Positions 17,793 to 25,958 of a stretch of DNA of 36,558 nucleotides are shown here, one piece after another. The DNA is from an uncultured Candidatus Bathyarchaeia archaeon. GTDB lineage: Archaea; Thermoproteota; Bathyarchaeia; TCS64. The stretch's first letter is position 1. The number at the start of each line of letters is the position of its first letter. A program made the position numbers and the translations under genes. The notes beneath the pieces are model-generated. The model was given only the letters and a program-made list of their open reading frames with translations. It was not told where the DNA came from and made no database searches. The stretch spans positions 5,054-41,611 of the forward strand of contig CAZCKR010000002.1 in the NCBI GenBank assembly GCA_964499305.1, in the 5' to 3' direction.

Positions 17793-19046
17793 TTACCATG
17801 CTTTTTTCAGCAGACTTAACCCGTTTCCCCCGATAACTTTGGCTATCTCTGTGTCGCCGTATCCGTTTTTTATCATCCAGCGGCAGACGTTCTGGAGGCA
17901 CTCGGTGGGGTTCTCCATGCCTCGGACGTACTTGAGCTTCTTGAGCTGCTCCACGTTCATGTCGATGCCGAGGTACTTGGCTTCCTTGCCTTTTCCTGGA
18001 TGTGTGTAGTGGCCGAGGCCCAGTTTGCCGTGCTGTTCTAGGTTGGTGAGGTAGAGGCCCACGTGGTCGCCGTAGTTGGAGTCGGGGCCGCAGCCAACGT
18101 GGTCGACGCCGACGAGGTCTATGCAGTACTCGATGTGCTCCATGTAGCTATCGATGCCATGCAGCGGGTGCTTCTCGGTGACGGTTAGGTTCGGCGCCGC
18201 CTCTATCGCCATGACGCCGCCGCGCTCGGCGAGTGCCTGGATGACCTCGTCGGGAAACATGCGGGTTGTAGGGGTGAGGGCCCGTGCGCCGGCGTGACTG
18301 ACTATTATGGGGTCTTTGCTTAGCTCGATGACCTCCAGCGCTGTCTGGTCGCTGGTGTGGCTGACGTCCACGAGGAAGCCGAGCTTGTTCATGCGGACTA
18401 GAGCGTCGTAACCGAAATCGGTGAGGCCTCCGTCCAGGTGCTCCTTGAGGCCGCTGCCGAGCATATTGCTCTCGCTGTAGTTGACGCCTATGCTGCGGAC
18501 TCCGAGGCCGTAGAGGACGTCGAGGCGGTCCACCTCGTTTTCGATGCAGCTGGCTGACTCGAGGACGGCTACCCACGCGAGCTTGCCTGTCATGTGGGCG
18601 CGCTCGATGTCCTCAACCCTTTTACAGTGGATTAGGAAGTCTTGGTGGGCGATGTCGCAGAGCCTCATGCCAAGGTCGTGGAGGGTGCTGTTCCAGTCCC
18701 AGCCGTGTTTGGTGTTGATGAAGCTGCTGCCGTCCTGCATGTTGTCGAAGACGCAGTCGAGGCCGCTGGCTGCGAGGGCCTCGTATGCGAGGAAGTTGCG
18801 GCCTTCCCTGTCGAAGTCCCTGTTCTCCAAGGGGTTCTCGGGGCTGACGTCGGGGTGGGCGTGGAGGTCTATGACGATGCTACTCTCCATGACTGCCTCG
18901 AAGCGTTCCTCCTCCGTCTTGCTGAGGGGGACGGGGTCCCACCACTCGGGGATCACGGCTCTGCGGAGCTTGAACTCCCGGTAGTCTCGGCTGGGCTCAA
19001 GGTACTGGTAGGCTTTGTAGCCGTCGTACTTCTTGTTTCGACCCAT
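17793..19046 (-). CDS. Membrane (renal)-type dipeptidase, peptidase family M19
   Basis: 417 aa. IVIDLHAHP, VDVSHTSD, VSHAGARAL and the later GCGPDSNYGDH region are consistent with the M19 amidohydrolase-fold dipeptidase family. Confidence 0.85.
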   Translation of the reverse strand: MGRNKKYDGYKAYQYLEPSRDYREFKLRRAVIPEWWDPVPLSKTEEERFEAVMESSIVIDLHAHPDVSPENPLENRDFDREGRNFLAYEALAASGLDCVFDNMQDGSSFINTKHGWDWNSTLHDLGMRLCDIAHQDFLIHCKRVEDIERAHMTGKLAWVAVLESASCIENEVDRLDVLYGLGVRSIGVNYSESNMLGSGLKEHLDGGLTDFGYDALVRMNKLGFLVDVSHTSDQTALEVIELSKDPIIVSHAGARALTPTTRMFPDEVIQALAERGGVMAIEAAPNLTVTEKHPLHGIDSYMEHIEYCIDLVGVDHVGCGPDSNYGDHVGLYLTNLEQHGKLGLGHYTHPGKGKEAKYLGIDMNVEQLKKLKYVRGMENPTECLQNVCRWMIKNGYGDTEIAKVIGGNGLSLLKKAW

Positions 19047-19165
19047 GTAAATCGGTGAAGCCTATGTTCGGAGACTTATTTAACAGGATAGGGGGCCTCG
19101 TCTTTTAGGTTCGTGTGCGAAGGTTAATCTTATTTCTATACCGGAGGATATGGAACTGATTCATC

Positions 19166-20821
19166 ATGCTTGACAACAATGTCGTAGAGAATATCGAGAG
19201 GTTCGTTGAGTCCGAGCTTGCCTGTAGAAAGCACCCTGGCTCCAGTTTATCGGTAATACAAGGCGGGGAGGTGGCGTGGGCCAAGGGTTTCGGCTACGCC
19301 GACATCGACGAAAAAGTGCGGGCCGAGCCAGAGACAGTTTACAGGTGCGCGTCGGTGACCAAACCCGTAGTCACCGTCGGCCTCCTCCAGCTCATGGAGA
19401 AGGGTATGTTCGATCTAGACGACGAGGTGAACAGCCACCTAGACGTCAAGATCAGCGACGTGCATGGGGAGGAGCCGACCATCAGGGACCTTCTGACTCA
19501 CCGCAGCGGCATGCCCACGCGGGTGCCGCCGATATACCTGATGGACGAAGAGCCCCTGACCATGAGGGGCTACATAGAGTCTGCGGCTCGTGCCGTGAGG
19601 CCCCGTGGGGAGAAGTGGGCTTACTGCAACACAGCGTACATGATAGCCGGGTACCTCATAGAGCTGTTCTCTGGGTTGACTTACGACAGGTACGTAGCCG
19701 AGAACGTGCTAGAGCCGCTGGAGATGAGCTCAAGCGCGTTCACCCTGACGCCCGGTATACGTGGCAACCTGGCTCAGGGCTACAAGCGGGCTGGGGGCCC
19801 GGAGAATCCCCTGATACCCGTCAGCCCCTACATCCTGGGCACCATGCCCGAGGACCCAGCGGGGAGCCTGTACTCCACCGTCCTCGACCTAGCCAACTTC
19901 GTCATAATGAACATGGGTGGGGGGAGGTTCAAAGGTAGGCGCATACTCAGGGAAGAAACTGTGAAGGAGATGCATCGGCTCCAAGCCCCCTCTGGTAACT
20001 CGAGGAGCGGCATGGGCCTCACATGGTTCTATAGCATCCACGATGGCCACGTCATGCTCAACCACACAGGTGGGCTGCCTGACTATACCAACAACGTCTG
20101 CTTCTACCCCCTGGAGGGGTTGGGAGTGTGCTGGCTCAGCAATCTTCAGGACGGCTCAGGCTGGAGGCCTCCGTCGCCCACGGTGCTGAGGATGGTTTTA
20201 GGAGAGAAGCCTACTTACGGCGCAGGCTTCCAGATGGTTCCCATTAACTGGGACAAGATATGCGGGGTCTACGGCGACGAGACCCGTCAAACCGTGTTGG
20301 GGGTTCGTAACGGGTATCTGACCATGGACAATACCGTGCTTCTGGATAGGATAGACGACGCGATTTACCTGGCCCACGGGCCTTCAAACGACGGGTACGA
20401 GGTTACCTTAGAGTACAGTGGGGATGGACAGGCGAAGAGCATCAGCTTCGGGACAACGACTATCCCGAGGTACACGCCGGAGACGCCCAAGGTAGACACA
20501 AGCGCCGACCTGAAGGGCAACTGGAGGGGCGAGTACTACGACTCGTCAGGGTTCCACATAGTTGAGATCAGCATAGAGGACGAGGAGAGAGCCATGGTCA
20601 AGGGGCCCCAAGGAGAGAGCGTCTCACCTAGCGATTTCGAAGCTAAGTCGGGTAAGGTCATGGGTACATTCAGTTACCGTATCCCGGAGGAGTACGCCCG
20701 CTGGGGGACCAAGGAGTACGGCAACGTCTATGTTGAGCTGTACGCCCGCGACGGTAAGCTGAAAGGAACGCTGAGCGTCGGGGCCGCGAAGACGCTCATA
20801 GAGCTGGAGAAAACCACCTAA
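19166..20821 (+). CDS. Beta-lactamase-fold serine hydrolase (PBP/esterase/D-aminopeptidase-like) with beta-rich C-terminal extension of about 200 aa
   Basis: SxxK motif (CASVTKP), YxN (YCN), and HTGG in place of KTG. The C-terminal half is beta-rich with no catalytic motif. Confidence 0.85.
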   Translation: MLDNNVVENIERFVESELACRKHPGSSLSVIQGGEVAWAKGFGYADIDEKVRAEPETVYRCASVTKPVVTVGLLQLMEKGMFDLDDEVNSHLDVKISDVHGEEPTIRDLLTHRSGMPTRVPPIYLMDEEPLTMRGYIESAARAVRPRGEKWAYCNTAYMIAGYLIELFSGLTYDRYVAENVLEPLEMSSSAFTLTPGIRGNLAQGYKRAGGPENPLIPVSPYILGTMPEDPAGSLYSTVLDLANFVIMNMGGGRFKGRRILREETVKEMHRLQAPSGNSRSGMGLTWFYSIHDGHVMLNHTGGLPDYTNNVCFYPLEGLGVCWLSNLQDGSGWRPPSPTVLRMVLGEKPTYGAGFQMVPINWDKICGVYGDETRQTVLGVRNGYLTMDNTVLLDRIDDAIYLAHGPSNDGYEVTLEYSGDGQAKSISFGTTTIPRYTPETPKVDTSADLKGNWRGEYYDSSGFHIVEISIEDEERAMVKGPQGESVSPSDFEAKSGKVMGTFSYRIPEEYARWGTKEYGNVYVELYARDGKLKGTLSVGAAKTLIELEKTT

Positions 20822-20909
20822 CTCCTTTTTCCGCGTCGAAGAAAATTTATTGGCTACGTGAATCTAGTTCTACGTGGTTTCTATGGGTAGCTAAGGTTAT
20901 GAGAGGTTC

Positions 20910-21728
20910 TTGTTGGCTGAGATGACTTGGTCCAAGGTCAAGGAGGCTTTGGGTGAGACGGACATGGCCATCGTCTCGGTGAGCTCGACGGAAAAGCACG
21001 GTCCGCATCTACCTGTGAAGACGGACGCCATCATAGGGTATGAGCTGTGTAAAAGGTCGGCTAAGAGGCTCTACGAGGAGACGGGGATCAGGGTGGTCAT
21101 CTCGCCGCCCATCCACTTCGGTATGTCGCTTCACCACATGTTGTTTCCTGGCACGGTGTCGCTGAAGCCAGAGACGCTGATGGAGGTACTGGCGGATGTC
21201 TTCTGGAGTCTCACGCACTACGGTTTTAGGAAAATAGTGATAGTGAACAGCCACGGAGGCAACAGGACGGTGCTGGACGCCGTCATGAGGAGGCTCTACG
21301 ACAACACAGACGCAATGATATTTGTGACTTCAGGCATCCGTCATGCGGACGACGAGCTGAACGTGGCGAAGAAGACGTTGAAGGCGGGGCCTGGGGGCTC
21401 TTCTCACGCGGGGGAGACGGAGACATCGCTGATGATGGCGCTGGACGAGCACGTCAGGGTGGAAAAGATACCGAAGAACCCGGTGCCGCCGAGGTTCCCG
21501 CTGCCAGAGTTCGTAGGGTGGGGCACAGCCAAGTACACAGGCATCAACTTCACTGGGAACTGGAACACCGATGAGCTGTCGGACGACGGGTACCTGGGGA
21601 ACCCGGCGAAGGCGAGCAGGGAGACGGGTGAGAAGCTGCTGGAGTACGTGGTCGGTAACATGGTTGAGTTCCTCAGGCAGGTCTCAGAGCTGGAGGCCGC
21701 TAAACGGGTAAGCCACCAGCCGCCCTAG
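20910..21728 (+). CDS. Creatininase-fold amidohydrolase (creatininase/ArfB/MftE family)
   Basis: STEKHGPHLPVKTD, VNSHGGN and SHAGETETS motifs. TTG start at 20910 (ATG at 20922 in frame). Confidence 0.85.
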   Translation: MLAEMTWSKVKEALGETDMAIVSVSSTEKHGPHLPVKTDAIIGYELCKRSAKRLYEETGIRVVISPPIHFGMSLHHMLFPGTVSLKPETLMEVLADVFWSLTHYGFRKIVIVNSHGGNRTVLDAVMRRLYDNTDAMIFVTSGIRHADDELNVAKKTLKAGPGGSSHAGETETSLMMALDEHVRVEKIPKNPVPPRFPLPEFVGWGTAKYTGINFTGNWNTDELSDDGYLGNPAKASRETGEKLLEYVVGNMVEFLRQVSELEAAKRVSHQPP

Positions 21729-21856
21729 ATTTTCTCATCTTTTTTTAAAGTTTGGAATGTTTATGAGCGCTTACATGGGTGAGTTTTTTCATTCAGGTGG
21801 TTTTATCCCATGTTAATGTGCTGGGCTCTGGAGCCTTAGCTGTTAAAGGCTGCTAT

Positions 21857-22093
21857 TCATTGCGTGGCATCTAAGGTTATCGGCTCTTCGTAAGACTTGG
21901 GGTCGTTTACCGTCTCGTAATAGGTGTCGGGGTCTTCCGGGTCGTAGAGCTCGCTGGTCCAGAATAGCATAAGCAGCTCTTCTTCTCCGACGTTGATCAG
22001 GTTGTGGGTGTGGAGGACCGATATATCTATGTAGGATGGTTTATCGCCGTCCAGAAAATAATCTTGAATGGTTTTGGTTCCCACCTTTCTCAA
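21857..22093 (-). CDS. Cupin C-terminal part of the same CapF-like gene (downstream frame)
   Basis: This frame is open from 22114. It reads LVQLRKVGTKTIQDYFLDGDKPSYIDISVLHTHNLINVGEEELLMLFWTSELYDPEDPDTYYE, the expected continuation of a CapF/WxcM-type cupin. Confidence 0.75.
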   Translation of the reverse strand: MRKVGTKTIQDYFLDGDKPSYIDISVLHTHNLINVGEEELLMLFWTSELYDPEDPDTYYETVNDPKSYEEPITLDATQ

Positions 22094-23012
22094 CTGGACT
22101 AGCCCGCCCCTTGACTATACTGAACCGTTCCACCTTCCTCCTGTGGTAGTGGTTGCCTCTCTCCACTCCCGGCTTCGTCGTCGAGAAGAAGGCTTGGCCC
22201 TGGTTGAGGGACCTTATTGCCTCGAAGAGGTAGCCCCGGTGGTCCTGTTTCACGTCGTATGGGACCGGGTAGTGGCCGGGCTCGAAATACGACCTGAAGG
22301 TGTTGAACAGCTTGAGGTCGAAGGGGTCCGAGAGGTCTGGGATGACTTTCTCCTCTATGTATTGCTGCTTGAAGCCCCGGAGCTTTTGCAGGAGGTCACT
22401 TAACTTTATCTCCAGGTTGGGCGGCACCAGCATCTCGTCGGATTCCAACTCGTACAGAATCACCCGTTGGATCTTCTGCAGCACGTCGTCGATGTAGATG
22501 AGGCCGATGGGCTGATCCTTTTTTTTTATCTCCGGCTCTTGGCCGTGTGTTAACTGGTGGCAGAACGTGGCGACCACGGAGTTGTAGAAGGGCCTGCAGA
22601 AGGGGCCATAGACGTTGGGGATGATGAGCCCCGTAAACTTGGCTTCGTCCTCGTGGGCCCACGCGGAGAGGGTCTGCCTCGCGTGGAGCTTGGATCTGCC
22701 GTAGGCCGTGTCCCGGGTCTCGTGGGTCGAGGAGCTGTATATCAGGTGGGGCGTGGATCCTGTTCGTTCGAACGACGACACGAGCCCCTCGGCTAGCTGT
22801 ACGTTGGTCTCGTAGACTTCTTCGTCTGGGCCGCGGTTGGCTCCGGCCAGGTGGACCACTGCGTCGCAGCGCTGGAGGAACTTGTCGAGCTCGTAGGCGT
22901 TCTTGAAGAACCTATTCTGGTAGGGGATCAGGGTCACGTCTTCGTCTGTCTTCAGGTAGCTGTGCAGGTGTGAGCCGATGAAGCCCGACTGACCTGTGAT
23001 CCCGACTCTCAT
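22041..23012 (-). CDS. CapF-like NAD-dependent epimerase/reductase fused to a cupin, upstream frame of a frameshifted gene
   Basis: Rossmann motif GITGQSGFIGSHL. The cupin start is RGNHYHRRKVERFSIVKGR. The frame then runs into 16 unrelated residues and a stop. Confidence 0.8.
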   Translation of the reverse strand: MRVGITGQSGFIGSHLHSYLKTDEDVTLIPYQNRFFKNAYELDKFLQRCDAVVHLAGANRGPDEEVYETNVQLAEGLVSSFERTGSTPHLIYSSSTHETRDTAYGRSKLHARQTLSAWAHEDEAKFTGLIIPNVYGPFCRPFYNSVVATFCHQLTHGQEPEIKKKDQPIGLIYIDDVLQKIQRVILYELESDEMLVPPNLEIKLSDLLQKLRGFKQQYIEEKVIPDLSDPFDLKLFNTFRSYFEPGHYPVPYDVKQDHRGYLFEAIRSLNQGQAFFSTTKPGVERGNHYHRRKVERFSIVKGRASPVEKGGNQNHSRLFSGRR

Positions 23013-23041
23013 GTTCGTGGCCCCTGTGGGTGTCTAGGGGT

Positions 23042-23086
23042 TTCGTGGAACAGTATTCCATATTAGATTGTGAGTGTAGTCACGCG
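23042..23086 (-). promoter_or_regulatory. 45-nt conserved promoter/operator motif upstream of the CapF-like gene (copy 2)
   Basis: TTCGTGGAACAGTATTCCATATTAGATTGTGAGTGTAGTCACGCG lies 30 nt upstream of the ATG at 23012. It matches copy 1 at 17273-17317. Confidence 0.6.
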
Positions 23087-23170
23087 CGACAATCATCGCC
23101 TGTCGGTTTGTGAATTTGTGTTGTGGCTGCTTCGACAGGATGGGTCTGCCGCGCCTTTGCTGTAAACTTC

Positions 23171-23821
23171 TTAATGTATCTGGGTGTCGTAGTCAACACT
23201 GCCGAAGACGGTTTCCAGGTGCTCCACTATGTCTGTCAGGTGTTTATCGACGGCTTCCACCTCGGCGCCGTTGGGGCACCACGCGAAGTACAGGGGATTC
23301 TGTGTGTCGGGGGCGATGGAGGTTCTCCGCGCCGGGCCGTAGAGGACGCTGGCCAGCACGCCTTCGTCGTCTCTGAGGACTACGTCGTTCTTCTTGAGGC
23401 TCTGTTCCTCACCGTTGAGCTTGGTGTAGGGCTCGCCCTCGTCGGCTAGGTCGAATACAGGGTCGCCTTTGACGGCTTCTTGGTCGTGGCCCGAGGTGAG
23501 TATCCTGTTGCCCAGCTCCGCCATGAACATGGCGTCTACGTGGACGGACACCCGTGGGAACTTCCTCCCGGCCTTCATGGACTTTATCTGGTACTCTATG
23601 GGGTAGGTCTTTTCCCATTTGCCGTAGTAGTCGTTGTAGCTCTGTATCACGGAGTCTTCCCGGGGGTCGGGGTAGGTGTCTCTTATTTGTTTCTCTAGAG
23701 CTCTTTTTCTGTCCTCCAGCCTCTGGTCTTGTTTGGTGTTTTTCTGGTTGTATACCTTTAGGCTCCCGAACACTGCTCTGGGGTAGAGCATCTTTAGCTC
23801 GGGTCTGACAGTTATCTTCAT
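23171..23821 (-). CDS. B3/B4 tRNA-binding-domain protein (PheRS beta-subunit-related)
   Basis: 216 aa. The overall pattern (..SVHVDAMFMAELGNRILTSGHD..VVLRDDEGVLASVLYGPARRT..) matches stand-alone B3_4 domain proteins (by eye). Confidence 0.7.
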   Translation of the reverse strand: MKITVRPELKMLYPRAVFGSLKVYNQKNTKQDQRLEDRKRALEKQIRDTYPDPREDSVIQSYNDYYGKWEKTYPIEYQIKSMKAGRKFPRVSVHVDAMFMAELGNRILTSGHDQEAVKGDPVFDLADEGEPYTKLNGEEQSLKKNDVVLRDDEGVLASVLYGPARRTSIAPDTQNPLYFAWCPNGAEVEAVDKHLTDIVEHLETVFGSVDYDTQIH

Positions 23822-23910
23822 CTCGATTATAGGTTACGTGTTTAGCATTAAAAATGCGTCATTTTGGTTTGGTACTTGATCGTGTCTAGTTTGGGGGTTC
23901 GGCGGTGTTA

Positions 23911-24245
23911 AACGTTACGTGGATCGACGACTTTGCTTTTCCCTTATAGTTGGTTACTTGCTATAAGCGTTTTTTCGGGTACGCGGCGGCGCCGTGGATC
24001 GACGACTCGGTGTTTCCCTTGTAATTGGTTACTTATTATAAGCGTTTTTTCCGGTAACTGATGTATCGGTTAAGTGTTTGAAACGGGTTTTACCGATATG
24101 TTCGGGCGGTGGGCGGTGTTCTGGCCTGGTTTTTTCCTTGTGGTGGTTGCTTAAGCTGTTTATGGTGCGCCTGTTTAGTTGGTTTTAGCTGTTGTCTCCT
24201 TGTTTGCTTTGCGCCGGTTCGCTTTAAGATTCCAGGTTACGTGGG
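23911..24245 (+). repeat. Structured non-coding module, copy A (two tandem hairpin plus T-run units and a conserved tail)
   Basis: Collinear similarity to 27541-27864. Hairpins at 23942-23966 and 24017-24041, each followed by CG and T6. A GTTAC core recurs. Confidence 0.8.
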
Positions 24246-24450
24246 AGAATTAGTAGTTCTGTGTGAGGTCTAATGTTCCATGTGCGGCGTCTCCGATGGT
24301 GCTCTGCACGCCTACGATCTTTGGGTTGTCTGGCTGCCTCGTAGGCGGTCTGGCTTGTATCTGGCTCGCTCGGCCGAGCCTGTTTCGGTTAGGCTCTTCC
24401 TCTCCACCTGTGTTTGCTCTGTAGCCTGTGTCCGACAGGGGTAGAAGACT

Positions 24451-24909
24451 CTATTCAATTGTATGGCTCCAGTCTCTTATCTTGAGCCCGTTCCACGGGG
24501 CTTCTCTGAGCCACTCGGAGCCTTTCAGACTCAGTATGTCGTGGTCCTCTGTGAGGAGGAGGCCTGCCTCCGCCGCCTGGGCGACTATGACGGCGTCGAA
24601 GAAGTCTATGCCCGGGGCTTTCGTGTATAACGTGTTGAATCTATGGTCGTCGGCTGGCGTGTACCTGTGGAACCGGACTTTTTCGTCTTCCTGTAGAACC
24701 TTGAGGTTGTCGCCGAAGCCTGTGTGGGCAGCCACGTAGTCCGGGTTCCTCGCGGCGAGTCTCTTTATCTTTGCCTTGCCTTCGTAGACGCTTATCTCGC
24801 TGAAGTGTATCTCGTCTACGTTAGAGAGGTACTCCTCGAAGCGTTTCAGCGTATAGTTTTCAAGTTCTATGTCTAGGCCGAGGAAGGGGAGCAGGTAGGT
24901 GGTGTCCAA
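24451..24909 (-). CDS. vapC: PIN-domain toxin (VapC-like)
   Basis: N-terminal (M)DTTYLLPF acidic residue and C-terminal DFFDAVIVAQAAEAGLLLTEDHD. Sits immediately downstream of an AbrB-type antitoxin gene. TTG start. Confidence 0.8.
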   Translation of the reverse strand: MDTTYLLPFLGLDIELENYTLKRFEEYLSNVDEIHFSEISVYEGKAKIKRLAARNPDYVAAHTGFGDNLKVLQEDEKVRFHRYTPADDHRFNTLYTKAPGIDFFDAVIVAQAAEAGLLLTEDHDILSLKGSEWLREAPWNGLKIRDWSHTIE

Positions 24910-24922
24910 GTGGACCCTGGCT

Positions 24923-25174
24923 CTATCTTTCCTTGAGGCGTTCAGAGAGATCCCTTCTGTGCTGCCTCATCTCCTCCGGGGTCACGGGGAGTGCCGTCCT
25001 TTTCTTCCGTAGTAGGGAGAGGCTTGTGGGCTTGGGCTCTATTATGAGTCTGCCTTCCTCTACGTGGGCGACTACTTTTTCTCCGGGGTGGAGGCCGGTT
25101 TTCTCGCGGATGATCTTGGTCGTGTATATCTCGCCTTTGGTGCCCACTGACAGCTCGGTTTTTTCCGACGACAT
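24923..25174 (-). CDS. vapB: AbrB/MazE-type antitoxin (VapB-like)
   Basis: 83 aa. VGTKGEIYTTKIIREKTGLHPGEKVV is a swapped-hairpin motif. Lies 13 nt upstream of the PIN gene. Confidence 0.8.
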   Translation of the reverse strand: MSSEKTELSVGTKGEIYTTKIIREKTGLHPGEKVVAHVEEGRLIIEPKPTSLSLLRKKRTALPVTPEEMRQHRRDLSERLKER

Positions 25175-25288
25175 CGTTCGTCAGATACTGATGGATCGTC
25201 GGAGAATATAAAGAGTCGGACGCCTCCGGTTCGGTTGCGCCATCAGGTTGCCCATAATCGATGCCATGAGCTACCTGTCTTTTGCCTT

Positions 25289-25452
25289 CTAAGCCTCGAG
25301 GCGCCTCAGGTCTCGCCTGAATAAGTCGTCGTAGTAATCGCAGATGCCCTGCACTACTGCTTCCTTGACGCTGGCGACTATTCCCTGCGCTTCAGCTCCC
25401 GAATCATCCGGGCATGCTCGCCTCTTATGACGCACGACGTTGACGATGCCAT
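25289..25452 (-). pseudogene. Frameshifted ribbon-helix-helix (CopG-like) gene, paralog of 32623..32811
   Basis: ATG at 25452. The first 23 codons are identical to the intact paralog, then a TAG follows after 24 codons. A 1-nt shift restores IVASVKEAVVQGICDYYDDLFRRDLRRLEA, which parallels the paralog. Confidence 0.6.
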
Positions 25453-25589
25453 CCTTCTCCGTCAAGGGGAGCCCTTCTCGAGGCGTCTAAGAACTGGCTT
25501 TGGCGGACATTGTGATTCTGGGATTAACTGCTGGTGGAGTATGTGGGAGGCCATATTGATTCGATATATTTATGGACGTGTTGGTCTAT

Positions 25590-25955
25590 TCACACATCGC
25601 TCTCGGGAGGAAATGGTGTCAGCTCTGTTCGAGCCCGTTCTATGAGTCTTGCCGTAAGGACTCTCCTGAAGGCTCTCTCGTCGGGAGCCTCGGGGCTGGG
25701 CAGGTACAGCCTCTTGTGGCCTCCCTTCGCGGTGACCTCCCTGTAGGTGAGGAAGCCCTCCTCGGCTATCTCGTTGAGGAAGTTGATGGCTGTGGCCCTG
25801 CTCATCGGCGTCGATGATTCCTGAAGGTGTAGGTAGGCCATCCTCGAGTCAACCTCCCCTTTGGCCTTCCAGATCCACCTCATGAGCTCCACTTGCCAGG
25901 GCGTAAATACCGTCTCCAGCCCCTCCTTATCGAGGTCGAACTTCATCGGAGTCAC
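25590..25955 (-). CDS. Winged-helix DNA-binding protein
   Basis: 121 aa. The pattern MSRATAINFLNEIAEEGFLTYREVTAKGGHKRLY is a recognition helix followed by a beta-wing. Confidence 0.65.
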   Translation of the reverse strand: MTPMKFDLDKEGLETVFTPWQVELMRWIWKAKGEVDSRMAYLHLQESSTPMSRATAINFLNEIAEEGFLTYREVTAKGGHKRLYLPSPEAPDERAFRRVLTARLIERARTELTPFPPESDV

Positions 25956-25958
25956 CCG

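Noticed and set aside
18148-18576. 142-aa Arg/Pro-rich alternative-frame ORF inside the dipeptidase gene (plus + strand ORFs 18544..19058)
   Set aside because: Off-frame or antisense artefacts. The M19 frame is continuous and motif-bearing.
19276-19938. 220-aa alternative-frame ORF inside the beta-lactamase-fold gene
   Set aside because: Arg/Gly/Pro-rich off-frame product. The annotated frame contains the SxxK and YxN motifs.
23911-24075. Possible miniature CRISPR array (two repeats with hairpins)
   Set aside because: There are only two directly adjacent units of about 80 bp, with no unique spacers between them. Unit length and the T-run do not fit CRISPR repeats. No cas genes are in the window.
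24098-24155. 18-codon hydrophobic mini-ORF (MFGRWAVFWPGFFLVVVA) inside module copy A, as a possible type I toxin
   Set aside because: The ATG and the reading frame are not conserved in module copy B, so the module's conservation is not explained by this peptide.
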